Translations under genes and position numbers: made by a program
In this document: positions 1 to 7,816 of the stretch, piece by piece
Position numbering within the stretch: position 1 is the first letter of the stretch
How the letters are laid out: each line of letters starts with the position of its first letter
Source of the DNA: Candidatus Thalassarchaeaceae archaeon
GTDB lineage: Archaea > Thermoplasmatota > Poseidoniia > Poseidoniales > Thalassarchaeaceae
DNA: 20,994 nt
Direction: 5' to 3'
Assembly (NCBI GenBank): GCA_030747675.1
Contig: JASLKH010000019.1
Span: 1-20,994 of the forward strand
The notes under the pieces: generated by a model
What the model was told of the DNA's origin: nothing
What the model saw: the letters and a program-made list of their open reading frames with translations, nothing else
Database searches by the model: none

Positions 1-2
1 AA

Positions 3-77
3 CTACCGGGTGATGGCACCATCAAGATTTTTCCAGGTAACTATACTGATTACCTTCGGCGCAAGGGCCCGGGGTGA
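3..77 (+). CDS. 3' end of an upstream gene (5'-truncated), probably an ABC-F family ATP-binding protein
   Basis: Not in the ORF track. Frame 3 reads LPGDGTIKIFPGNYTDYLRRKGPG* (TGA 75-77). (F/Y)xGNYxxY is the typical motif after the nucleotide-binding domains of ABC-F proteins. The stop lies within the GGGGTGA SD of the next gene. Confidence 0.6.
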   Translation, partial: LPGDGTIKIFPGNYTDYLRRKGPG

Positions 78-81
78 AAAT

Positions 82-801
82 ATGCTTGATGTGTTGGGAG
101 CCGCAAAGAAATTACGTGATGAGGCAACTAATTTGATTCCAGCGTTGTTAGCTGATTGCAAGCAAATTGATTGGATATATAACCCACTTGATTATGCATG
201 GGAGCCTCATTCAGAATGGATTCGGCGTTTCTCAATAAATGGAGCCAGCACCCTACTCGTCGGAATGAATCCAGGTCATGGAATGGGGAATACCGGAGTG
301 CCATTTGGATGTCCTGAACAAGTACGAGATTTTCTATCAATTACTGGCTTCGAGGTACACCAACCCCCACGAACGCATCCAAAACGGACCGTTTATGGTC
401 TGGATTGCCCCAAACCGGAGGTTAGTGGACAAAGGATCTGGTCGTTTCTAGCTAAGCATTATGGAACACCCGAAGAAGTTAGTGAACACATCTACATCGT
501 GAATCACTGTCCACTCTGGATGTTCAATGAAGCAGGGCAAAATATCACTCCAGACAAATTGACTGGAGATGCTGCAAAGCGACTCAAAGAAATCTGTAAT
601 GAACACCTGCGTTCAATTGTAAAAATAATGGATATCAAGCGAGTGATTGGAGTGGGACGATACGCGCAAAGGCAAGCCGCGGCATTATTCAATGAAATTG
701 ATGTTGACTGGGTACCTCATCCAAGCCCTGCGTCTCCTTTTGCAAATCGCAATGGTGGAGCCGATTGGAGAGTTGCTTTCTCCGAAGTATTGAGGATTTA
801 A
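82..801 (+). CDS. SMUG1-like (family 3) uracil-DNA glycosylase
   Basis: Motifs GMNPGHGMGNTGVPFG (SMUG1 GMNPGPFGMAQTGVPFG), EVSGQRIW, VNHCPL (Asn) and HPSPASP (catalytic His). Start moved from GTG at 10 to ATG at 82 because of the SD GGGGTGA at 71-77 and the upstream gene ending at 77. Confidence 0.88.
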   Translation: MLDVLGAAKKLRDEATNLIPALLADCKQIDWIYNPLDYAWEPHSEWIRRFSINGASTLLVGMNPGHGMGNTGVPFGCPEQVRDFLSITGFEVHQPPRTHPKRTVYGLDCPKPEVSGQRIWSFLAKHYGTPEEVSEHIYIVNHCPLWMFNEAGQNITPDKLTGDAAKRLKEICNEHLRSIVKIMDIKRVIGVGRYAQRQAAALFNEIDVDWVPHPSPASPFANRNGGADWRVAFSEVLRI

Positions 802-855
802 AGGCTCAATACGCAAGGGAGAATGTTAAGAGAGGCCTTCTAGCCTACGCAATCC

Positions 856-2646
856 ATGATAACACCTCAGTACCTGTTTTATAATGCCGAAAAATATGGT
901 AATATGCCGGCGATGTCGACAAGAAAAGGAGAAGCACAAAGAGACGTCCCTTGGGAATGGAATACCGATACATGGTCAGATGTTCTTTCCAAGACTTTAG
1001 CCATTGCCAAATCACTGCACGCGATGGGTTATGAAAAACATGACAAACTCAGTATATACTCATACAATAGACCTGAGTGGTTTCTGCTATATGCGGCTTC
1101 ACAAATGCTCAATGGTGTCGCAGTTGGCGTATACCATACTTGTTCTCCTGAAGAAGTTGAATGGGTTGTCGGCAACTCTGAATCAAAGTTTGTCTTTGTC
1201 GGAACCAACCCTCAGAGTGGTGGAGATTCCCAGAAAATGCCAAACACCCGAATGGACAAAATCATGGACAACCTTCCATTGATTGAAAATGCAATTGTTC
1301 TTGACAATTCTGGGTCAATGACACATGAAAATACAATCTCTTGGGCAGATTTCCTCGCCAAAGGAGAAGGTGTTGATGAAGCTGTGATTAAACAACGAAT
1401 GAATGCAGTTGATCCTCATGACACCTGTGCCCTAATCTACACTTCTGGAACCACAGGCAATCCAAAGGGAGTTGAATTGAGCTACGATAATTTCACATTC
1501 GAATTAGATGCCATCGAACAAGTAATCACTTTTTCACCAGGAGATTGTTATGTTTCATGGCTTCCTTTGGCTCACGTATTCGGCCAAGTCGCCGACAATC
1601 ACCTGTGGGTACGCGATGCTATGCACTTGCACGTGGTCGACAATGCATTACATGCAGTTGATTATGCAAAGAAGGTTCAGCCTGCATTATTTATTGGTGT
1701 CCCGCGTATCTATGAGAAGGTATACTCGAACCTCAAGAGTACCTTGGATTCCAAGGCAATCATCAGAATCGGACTCAAGATTCCAGGGTTGAAGAAGGTC
1801 TTGCAAAAAGCTGTCAAAAAGAAGATTGGGATGGTCAACTGCAAGTATGCCATTACTGGTGCAGCACCAATCAATCCAGATATTCTGAAGTTATTCCATC
1901 ACATTGGTGTCCCCCTCTACGAAGGATATGGGATGACTGAGACCACAGCTGGAGCTTCACTCAATTACAAGAACAATATGAAAATTGGTTCTGTTGGCCA
2001 GATGATGCCTGGAACTGAATTGAAAACGGATACTGATGGAGAAATCATGTTCAAAGGTCGCCACGTAATGAAGGGCTACTACAAGAATCCGGAAGCCACT
2101 GCAGAGGTTATGGATGGAGAGTGGTTACGTTCGGGTGACATAGGTAAGATTGATTCAGATGGATTCGTAAGTATCACAGGACGAAAAAAGGAATTGTACA
2201 TTAGCTCCGGTGGAAAGAATATCGCTCCCCTCGTAATTGAAGAAACTATGAAGGGCATCCCACTCATATCTCAATTCTTCTTAGTTGGAGATCAACGCAA
2301 GTTTTGTAGTGGCCTTGTCACATTAGATGTCTCGGCTATTTTACGAGACAAATTTGGTATGGATGGTGCTCATTTACCCAAGGATCCTGCCAAGCAAATT
2401 GCACTACTGAATGAGCAAGGACATCAGTTGTCAGAGTATACCGATAGTCCGGAAATTCATGCAGAAATTATGGCGCAAGTCGATGAATTGAACGACAAAT
2501 TCGCTCCGCCTGAACAGGTGAAGAAATTCACAATCTTGCCTAGAGACTTCACCGTTGACGATGGAGAGTTGACACCCACATTGAAGATTCGACGAATCCA
2601 AATTCGGGAAAATTGGGGTTCAGAAATCGAAGATATGTACGCATGA
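856..2646 (+). CDS. fadD: Long-chain-fatty-acid--CoA ligase (AMP-binding, FadD-like)
   Basis: AMP-binding signature YTSGTTGNPKG, plus YGMTE, SGDIG, GRKKE, GGKNIAP and C-terminal GELTPTLK. TTAAG about 30 nt upstream suggests a near-leaderless promoter. Confidence 0.88.
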   Translation: MITPQYLFYNAEKYGNMPAMSTRKGEAQRDVPWEWNTDTWSDVLSKTLAIAKSLHAMGYEKHDKLSIYSYNRPEWFLLYAASQMLNGVAVGVYHTCSPEEVEWVVGNSESKFVFVGTNPQSGGDSQKMPNTRMDKIMDNLPLIENAIVLDNSGSMTHENTISWADFLAKGEGVDEAVIKQRMNAVDPHDTCALIYTSGTTGNPKGVELSYDNFTFELDAIEQVITFSPGDCYVSWLPLAHVFGQVADNHLWVRDAMHLHVVDNALHAVDYAKKVQPALFIGVPRIYEKVYSNLKSTLDSKAIIRIGLKIPGLKKVLQKAVKKKIGMVNCKYAITGAAPINPDILKLFHHIGVPLYEGYGMTETTAGASLNYKNNMKIGSVGQMMPGTELKTDTDGEIMFKGRHVMKGYYKNPEATAEVMDGEWLRSGDIGKIDSDGFVSITGRKKELYISSGGKNIAPLVIEETMKGIPLISQFFLVGDQRKFCSGLVTLDVSAILRDKFGMDGAHLPKDPAKQIALLNEQGHQLSEYTDSPEIHAEIMAQVDELNDKFAPPEQVKKFTILPRDFTVDDGELTPTLKIRRIQIRENWGSEIEDMYA

Positions 2647-2670
2647 AACCAAACATCTCGCGTATGCGCC

Positions 2671-2689
2671 CGGTGGCCTACGGCCACCG
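2671..2689. other. Perfect 8-bp GC-rich inverted repeat (hairpin) between the acyl-CoA ligase and icmF
   Basis: CGGTGGCC-TAC-GGCCACCG read directly; function unknown. Confidence 0.6.
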
Positions 2690-2726
2690 CCGATGAACTC
2701 AAGGGCCAGTCATAGGTCCCCACAAC

Positions 2727-5700
2727 ATGGCAAGTAATACGGCCACAACACACTCTGGCCCAGAGGGTGGTGCATTTGATGCCACTGGGGTCCCATTACG
2801 CGTGATCACAGCTGCATCTCTTTTCGATGGTCATGATGCGGCAATCAATGTCATGCGAAGACTCATTCAAGCTGCAGGTTGTGAAGTAATTCATCTTGGG
2901 CATGATCGCAGTGCCTTAGATGTCGTTAAAGCAGCAATTGAGGAAGATGCGCATGCAGTTGCCTTGACATCTTACCAAGGCGGCCATATGGAATATTTCA
3001 CCTACATTCGAGAATTATTAGATGCTGCAGGTAGACCCGATATCAAAATCTTTGGTGGCGGTGGGGGGACAATAACTCCTCCAGAAATTCGCGATTTACA
3101 TGCTGCAGGAATTACAAGAATCTACAGCCCAGATGATGGGCGCCAAATGGGACTATTGGGTATGATTGACAATCTAGTAAGTTTAGCATCAGAATATGAT
3201 TTAATGTCTGGACCTTCGAACCTAGATGGCCCTGTTACACCAGAAAAACGTGAAAAAGTTGCGAGACTGATCAGTTTTGCTGAAAACGAAGATCCGGTGA
3301 AGTTTGCACAGATGCTCAAAACCTGCCGATCAAGACCGATTGAATCAAGAGTCCCTGTAATTGGATTTACTGGTACAGGAGGTGCAGGAAAATCGAGTTT
3401 ACTGGATGAATTAATGAGAAGAATTACTACCCAGAATCCCGAGTTAAACATAGCACTATTGTGTACAGACCCGACTAGAAAAAGAACTGGGGGGGCTTTA
3501 CTTGGAGATAGGATTCGGATGAACTCGTTGACAAGTGACCGAATATTCATGCGCAGTTTAGCCAGCCGGACAAGTGGTAAAGAAATCTCTGACAAAACAC
3601 GTGAAGCAATTGAAGTGTGCCAAGCAGTGGGTTACGACTTGATATTTGTTGAAACCAGTGGAATAGGTCAAGGAAGTGATGCAATTACTGAAGTCAGCGA
3701 TATCAGTCTTTACGTCATGACAAGTGAATTTGGCGCTCATACTCAGTTGGAAAAAATTGAGATGCTGGATGTTGCTGATATTGTGATATTGAACAAGTTT
3801 GAGAAACGGGGGGCAGAAGATGCACTGCGGGCTATTCGGAAGCAAGTTAAGCGAAATAGAAACCTATTCGATTTAGATGATTCTTCTCTTCCTGTCGTTC
3901 CCACAATTGCTAGCCAATTTGCAGACCCTGGTGTGGATCTATTGTGGGAAAGACTAGCAGCATTACTTGTTGAACGTAACAATATGGTCCTTGCCGCAAT
4001 GATGCCAAATCTACCTGAATCTGGAATGCCTGAGCCCAAACACATTATTCCTCCAGAAAGAATTCATTATCTTGCTGATATTTCACGAACAATTCGTGAT
4101 TATCATTCTCGAACTAATGAAATGACTCAAAAAGTTCGATTAGTTCAGCAATTGGAAGCAACGGCAACACATATGGCTGGATTAGCAGATGGTACTGGAA
4201 GCACTCTTTCAATGGGAGCCGCAAGTGCGGTTGCTGACATTAGAATGCAAGCAGAGGAAATTCGGAATACGATACATCCTATCGTTTGGAAAATGATAGC
4301 TGAGCATGAAGATAGGGTCAAACAATATCGATCTGGGACATATACTTACCAGGTCAGGGGAAGAGATTTTTCAGTAAATACAACCACTAAATCATTGGCA
4401 CACACAGCAATTCCGAGAGTGGCTCTCCCCAATTTTGCAGATGCTGGAGATTTACTAGGTTGGTTACGATGCGAAAACGTTCCAGGTTCTTTCCCTTACA
4501 CTTCGGGGGTCTTTCCATTCAAGAGAGAAGATGAGTTACCAACTCGAATGTTTGCAGGAGAAGGCCCTGCATCGAGAACCAACAAACGATTCCATTACCT
4601 ATCAAAAGGAGAAGATTATGCTAGACTTTCAACTGCTTTTGATAGCGTTACACTTTACGGCCGAGACCCCCACACTCGCCCAGATATTTATGGGAAGGTT
4701 GGAGAATCTGGCGTCAGTATTTACACTGTAGATGAAATATCTACATTGTTCGATGGGTTCGACCTCTGTGGTTCCAATACAAGCGTTTCAATGACAATTA
4801 ATGGACCTGCAGCAATCATCCTTGCAATGTTTTTCAATGCTGCAATCCGTCAACAAGTTGCCAAATTCAGGGGCGAAAAAAATCGAGATCCCAATGAAGA
4901 TGAGTACAATGAGATATCTAGACACACCCTTCAAACTGTTCGAGGAACTGTGCAAGCTGATATTTTGAAAGAAGATCAAGCACAAAACACATGTATTTTT
5001 TCAACTGAATTTAGCCTGAAACTAATGGGTGATGTACAGCAATTCTACATAGATAACAGTATTCGAAATCATTACTCAGTCAGCATCTCAGGATATCATA
5101 TCGCTGAAGCAGGGGCTAATCCAATTAGCCAACTTGCTTTCACCCTTGCAAATGGTTTCACCTATGTAGAATATTATCGAAGTAGGGGGATGAAAATCGA
5201 TGATTTCGCTCCTAATCTTTCTTTCTTCTTCTCGAATGGACTTGATCCAGAATATACAGTCATTGGTCGAGTTGCGAGGAGAATCTGGGCAGTTGCAATG
5301 CGAGACCTCTATGGTGGAAATGAACGGTCTCAGAAATTGAAGTACCATATTCAGACCTCAGGTCGATCTTTACATGCCCAAGAAATCGACTTTAATGATA
5401 TTCGAACTACCTTGCAAGCACTTTTGGCTATACAAGATCAAGCCAATAGTTTACACACTAACGCGTATGATGAAGCCATTACAACCCCCACAGAAGAGAG
5501 TGTGCGTCGTGCATTAGCAGTACAACTCATTGTCAACAAAGAAAGTGGATGGACTAAAACTGAAAACACACTACAAGGCTCTTTCATCGTTGATGAATTA
5601 ACGGAACTTGTAGAAGAAGCAGTCTTAGCTGAATTTGAGCGGATTGCGGAAAGGGGTGGCGTACTTGGAGCAATGGAAACCATGTATCAACGCGGGAAAA

Positions 5701-6059
5701 TCCAAGATGAATCTCTGTATTATGAAGAACAAAAACACTCTGGAGAATTACCAATAACTGGTGTCAATTTCTTTGAAAACCCAAATGCGGCATCCTTTGA
5801 TGAATCAAGTGCTGATGATTTCAACATGGAATTGGCTCGAGCAACGCCTGAAGAAAAGCAAGGTTGTCTTTCTCGCTTAGCACAGTTCCACAAAGAACAT
5901 GAAAAAGAAACGCCAGAGGCACTTGATCGACTTCAACAAGTCGCTAGAACGGGTGGAAATGTTTTCGCTGAATTGATGGAGACTGTGAAGGTGGCAAGTT
6001 TAGGCCAAATCACAGATGCTCTATTCGAAGTCGGTGGCCAATATCGACGCAATATGTGA
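2727..6059 (+). CDS. icmF: Fused isobutyryl-CoA mutase IcmF (B12-binding domain + MeaI G-protein + mutase barrel)
   Basis: N-terminal DGHDAAINVMRR...LGH cobalamin-binding motif; P-loop GTGGAGKSS, DPT, ETSGIGQ and NKFE; mutase TRMFAGEG with the ICM-type Phe (4551-4553) rather than the MCM Tyr; YHIQTSGRSL and HTNAYDEA. 1110 aa. Confidence 0.95.
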   Translation: MASNTATTHSGPEGGAFDATGVPLRVITAASLFDGHDAAINVMRRLIQAAGCEVIHLGHDRSALDVVKAAIEEDAHAVALTSYQGGHMEYFTYIRELLDAAGRPDIKIFGGGGGTITPPEIRDLHAAGITRIYSPDDGRQMGLLGMIDNLVSLASEYDLMSGPSNLDGPVTPEKREKVARLISFAENEDPVKFAQMLKTCRSRPIESRVPVIGFTGTGGAGKSSLLDELMRRITTQNPELNIALLCTDPTRKRTGGALLGDRIRMNSLTSDRIFMRSLASRTSGKEISDKTREAIEVCQAVGYDLIFVETSGIGQGSDAITEVSDISLYVMTSEFGAHTQLEKIEMLDVADIVILNKFEKRGAEDALRAIRKQVKRNRNLFDLDDSSLPVVPTIASQFADPGVDLLWERLAALLVERNNMVLAAMMPNLPESGMPEPKHIIPPERIHYLADISRTIRDYHSRTNEMTQKVRLVQQLEATATHMAGLADGTGSTLSMGAASAVADIRMQAEEIRNTIHPIVWKMIAEHEDRVKQYRSGTYTYQVRGRDFSVNTTTKSLAHTAIPRVALPNFADAGDLLGWLRCENVPGSFPYTSGVFPFKREDELPTRMFAGEGPASRTNKRFHYLSKGEDYARLSTAFDSVTLYGRDPHTRPDIYGKVGESGVSIYTVDEISTLFDGFDLCGSNTSVSMTINGPAAIILAMFFNAAIRQQVAKFRGEKNRDPNEDEYNEISRHTLQTVRGTVQADILKEDQAQNTCIFSTEFSLKLMGDVQQFYIDNSIRNHYSVSISGYHIAEAGANPISQLAFTLANGFTYVEYYRSRGMKIDDFAPNLSFFFSNGLDPEYTVIGRVARRIWAVAMRDLYGGNERSQKLKYHIQTSGRSLHAQEIDFNDIRTTLQALLAIQDQANSLHTNAYDEAITTPTEESVRRALAVQLIVNKESGWTKTENTLQGSFIVDELTELVEEAVLAEFERIAERGGVLGAMETMYQRGKIQDESLYYEEQKHSGELPITGVNFFENPNAASFDESSADDFNMELARATPEEKQGCLSRLAQFHKEHEKETPEALDRLQQVARTGGNVFAELMETVKVASLGQITDALFEVGGQYRRNM

Positions 6060-6062
6060 TAG

Positions 6063-6887
6063 TTACAAGTTACCAGTCATCTCAATTGCGAAAATGAAAA
6101 AGGCAAAGCCGACAAATGGGAATGAGGCAAGGGCAATTGCACCACCAACCCCCAACGCCTTTCTACCAGATGAGAAGCCAATAGCAGTCATTACGAGACC
6201 AATGACTGGGAAGCCGCAGCAAAGAATACCTGAAAATGCTTGAAGGGTACTTGCAGTGTTGTAATCATCATCTGCAGTATAATCAATTTCTCTTTCAATC
6301 GTAATTATACGTTCATCACCTTTGTCGTGCCCATCATCGTATTGCAGAATACCTGTTGAACGTGTCCAATTACCAACTACTCCTCCACACTCATCATCGT
6401 CTGGATCAGATTCGCACCTGAGTTCTAGAATGACCACATCTTGGTTCTCTGGCATATAATCCCCAGAATTACCAAAGTTTGCATCGTCATCAGTATGGCA
6501 GTAATAAAGAAGCAGTTTGTGCTCCAAACTACAACCTTGGATCCATTCATCATCTTCTAGAGTAATTGTCCCTTCATATGCTGTACCATTTACCTTATCC
6601 AATGTTACATCATGATACTCATAAGGGTCTCCAGGCATGATTGCACTTGCAATGATAATGAGAAGCATTGGCAAAATCATGAAAACCATTGGTACTCCAA
6701 AGCCGAGGAAAAATTGCTTCCAAACAAAGGGTTCCTTCTGTACTGCAACCATATTCCCATCCGGGCCCGTTACAAACTCTACATTTGATGAGTCAGTTGG
6801 TGTGTACCCTGACACAATTGGAGTTTCAATAGACGACGTTTCACCGCTAATTAGGATTGAAGCGGGTGGCGAGGATTCATCTTCCAT
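6063..6887 (-). CDS. Hypothetical membrane protein: one N-terminal TM segment, acidic Cys-containing extramembrane domain, two C-terminal TM segments
   Basis: Long ORF with hydrophobic blocks FFLGFGVPMVFMILPMLLIIIASAI, ILCCGFPVIGLVMTAIGF and ALGVGGAIALASFPFVGFAFFIFAI. ATG at 6887 preferred over TTG at 6899 because TTTTATG lies about 25 nt upstream. Confidence 0.75.
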   Translation of the reverse strand: MEDESSPPASILISGETSSIETPIVSGYTPTDSSNVEFVTGPDGNMVAVQKEPFVWKQFFLGFGVPMVFMILPMLLIIIASAIMPGDPYEYHDVTLDKVNGTAYEGTITLEDDEWIQGCSLEHKLLLYYCHTDDDANFGNSGDYMPENQDVVILELRCESDPDDDECGGVVGNWTRSTGILQYDDGHDKGDERIITIEREIDYTADDDYNTASTLQAFSGILCCGFPVIGLVMTAIGFSSGRKALGVGGAIALASFPFVGFAFFIFAIEMTGNL

Positions 6888-6943
6888 ACCTTTCGGCAAC
6901 AGTTACACCATAAAAGGGAAGGGCAACAAATGATTCAGAAAAT

Positions 6944-6985
6944 AAAAAAAAAAGTGATTCAAGGGCAACCGAAGTCGCCCTTGAA
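6944..6985 (-). terminator. Stem-loop plus T-tract terminator of the 7024-7647 gene
   Basis: Minus strand TTCAAGGGCGAC-TTCG-GTTGCCCTTGAA (12 bp, one G.U pair, C(UUCG)G tetraloop), then TCAC and T10. Confidence 0.8.
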
Positions 6986-7023
6986 CCACCCGTATGTTAT
7001 CTTGAGGGTTTGCCTAATTCGGC

Positions 7024-7647
7024 TCACTCTTCTTCGCCTAGAATCTGATCGCCGACCATCAATGCAGCTGCTGCACCGATACCACCAACAATCATGGTTC
7101 CTAGAATGTTAACGAAGTTGTCCTGGGTCCATGCAGACTCAACGATCATACCGCCAAGTGCACTAGCCGAGGATAGAGTAACACCTGCGAGGACTAGGAT
7201 TGCAGCGAAAGCTCCAGATTCCCAACCTGCTCCAAGGCGGTCCCATACAATCATCATCAAAAAGCCACCGACCAATGCAGTAACTGCACCAGTTGCTTCA
7301 AGCTTATCGGCGTCCGCGAAGGAGCTACCATCTAAGCTTTCAGCCTGCCAAAAGATGATGCCTGCAGCAATTAGACCACCAAGGATCTGCATGCTGAAGT
7401 TTGTTGCACCCTTCTGCCAGTCAGTTCGTCCTGAGGCCATGTTGCCGATTGTAAGTATTGGCAAAATTTCGGAGCCCTTGAAGGTCATCCACATTATTGC
7501 CAAACAAACACCAGCTGCACCAGCCATTGCTGCAGTTCCATGACCATCTTCGCCATTTGCTGCCATATCTCCAAACACCAATAGCGTAACAGCCAAGCTT
7601 CCTACAAACTCAGCCATCATGCTCTTTGTATCCATTCCATCCGTCAT
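7024..7647 (-). CDS. Divergent MIP/aquaporin-fold membrane protein lacking NPA motifs
   Basis: Collinear with the AqpZ pattern by eye: AEFVGS (AExxGT), GSEILPILTIG..ASGR (GGHFNPAVTIG..AGGR), MQILGGLIAAGII (AQVVGGIVAAALL), VTLSSASALG (TSVNPARST) and MIVGGIG (PIVGGII). About 207 aa. The ORF-track start at 7728 lies upstream of its own TATA box, so 7647 is used. Confidence 0.62.
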   Translation of the reverse strand: MTDGMDTKSMMAEFVGSLAVTLLVFGDMAANGEDGHGTAAMAGAAGVCLAIMWMTFKGSEILPILTIGNMASGRTDWQKGATNFSMQILGGLIAAGIIFWQAESLDGSSFADADKLEATGAVTALVGGFLMMIVWDRLGAGWESGAFAAILVLAGVTLSSASALGGMIVESAWTQDNFVNILGTMIVGGIGAAAALMVGDQILGEEE

Positions 7648-7697
7648 ATTTTCATATCCTGCTCTAACTATCGAGCGTGTTCGCCTTACTCGGTCAG

Positions 7698-7705
7698 TAT
7701 ATAAA
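7698..7705 (-). promoter_or_regulatory. Archaeal TATA box for the MIP-like gene
   Basis: TTTATATA on the minus strand, about 50 nt upstream of the ATG at 7647. Confidence 0.6.
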
Positions 7706-7760
7706 TGGCGCCCCCGGAAAATGTTCATAAATACTCATTTTTAGACACTTTTTAAGAATC

Positions 7761-7780
7761 CGGTGTAATTTACTACACCG
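7761..7780. other. 7-bp inverted repeat between mutM and the MIP-like gene promoter
   Basis: CGGTGTA-ATTTAC-TACACCG. Could be a terminator hairpin or an operator. Confidence 0.5.
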
Positions 7781-7816
7781 CCTTATTTCTTTTAAAATGG
7801 CTCGCAGTAAGCTGTT

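Noticed and set aside
10-81. N-terminal 24-aa extension of the SMUG1 ORF given in the track
   Set aside because: It overlaps the probable ABC-F gene tail in another frame, and the SD at 71-77 points to the ATG at 82.
2647-2726. Cobalamin riboswitch upstream of icmF
   Set aside because: The spacer is only 80 nt and I see no B12-box consensus; kept only as an unexplained hairpin.
3122-4045. Antisense ORFs of 100-157 aa inside icmF, and similar ones inside fadD, the MIP-like gene, the ABC transporter and the PKS
   Set aside because: Shadow ORFs opposite strong genes, with no motifs or independent start signals.
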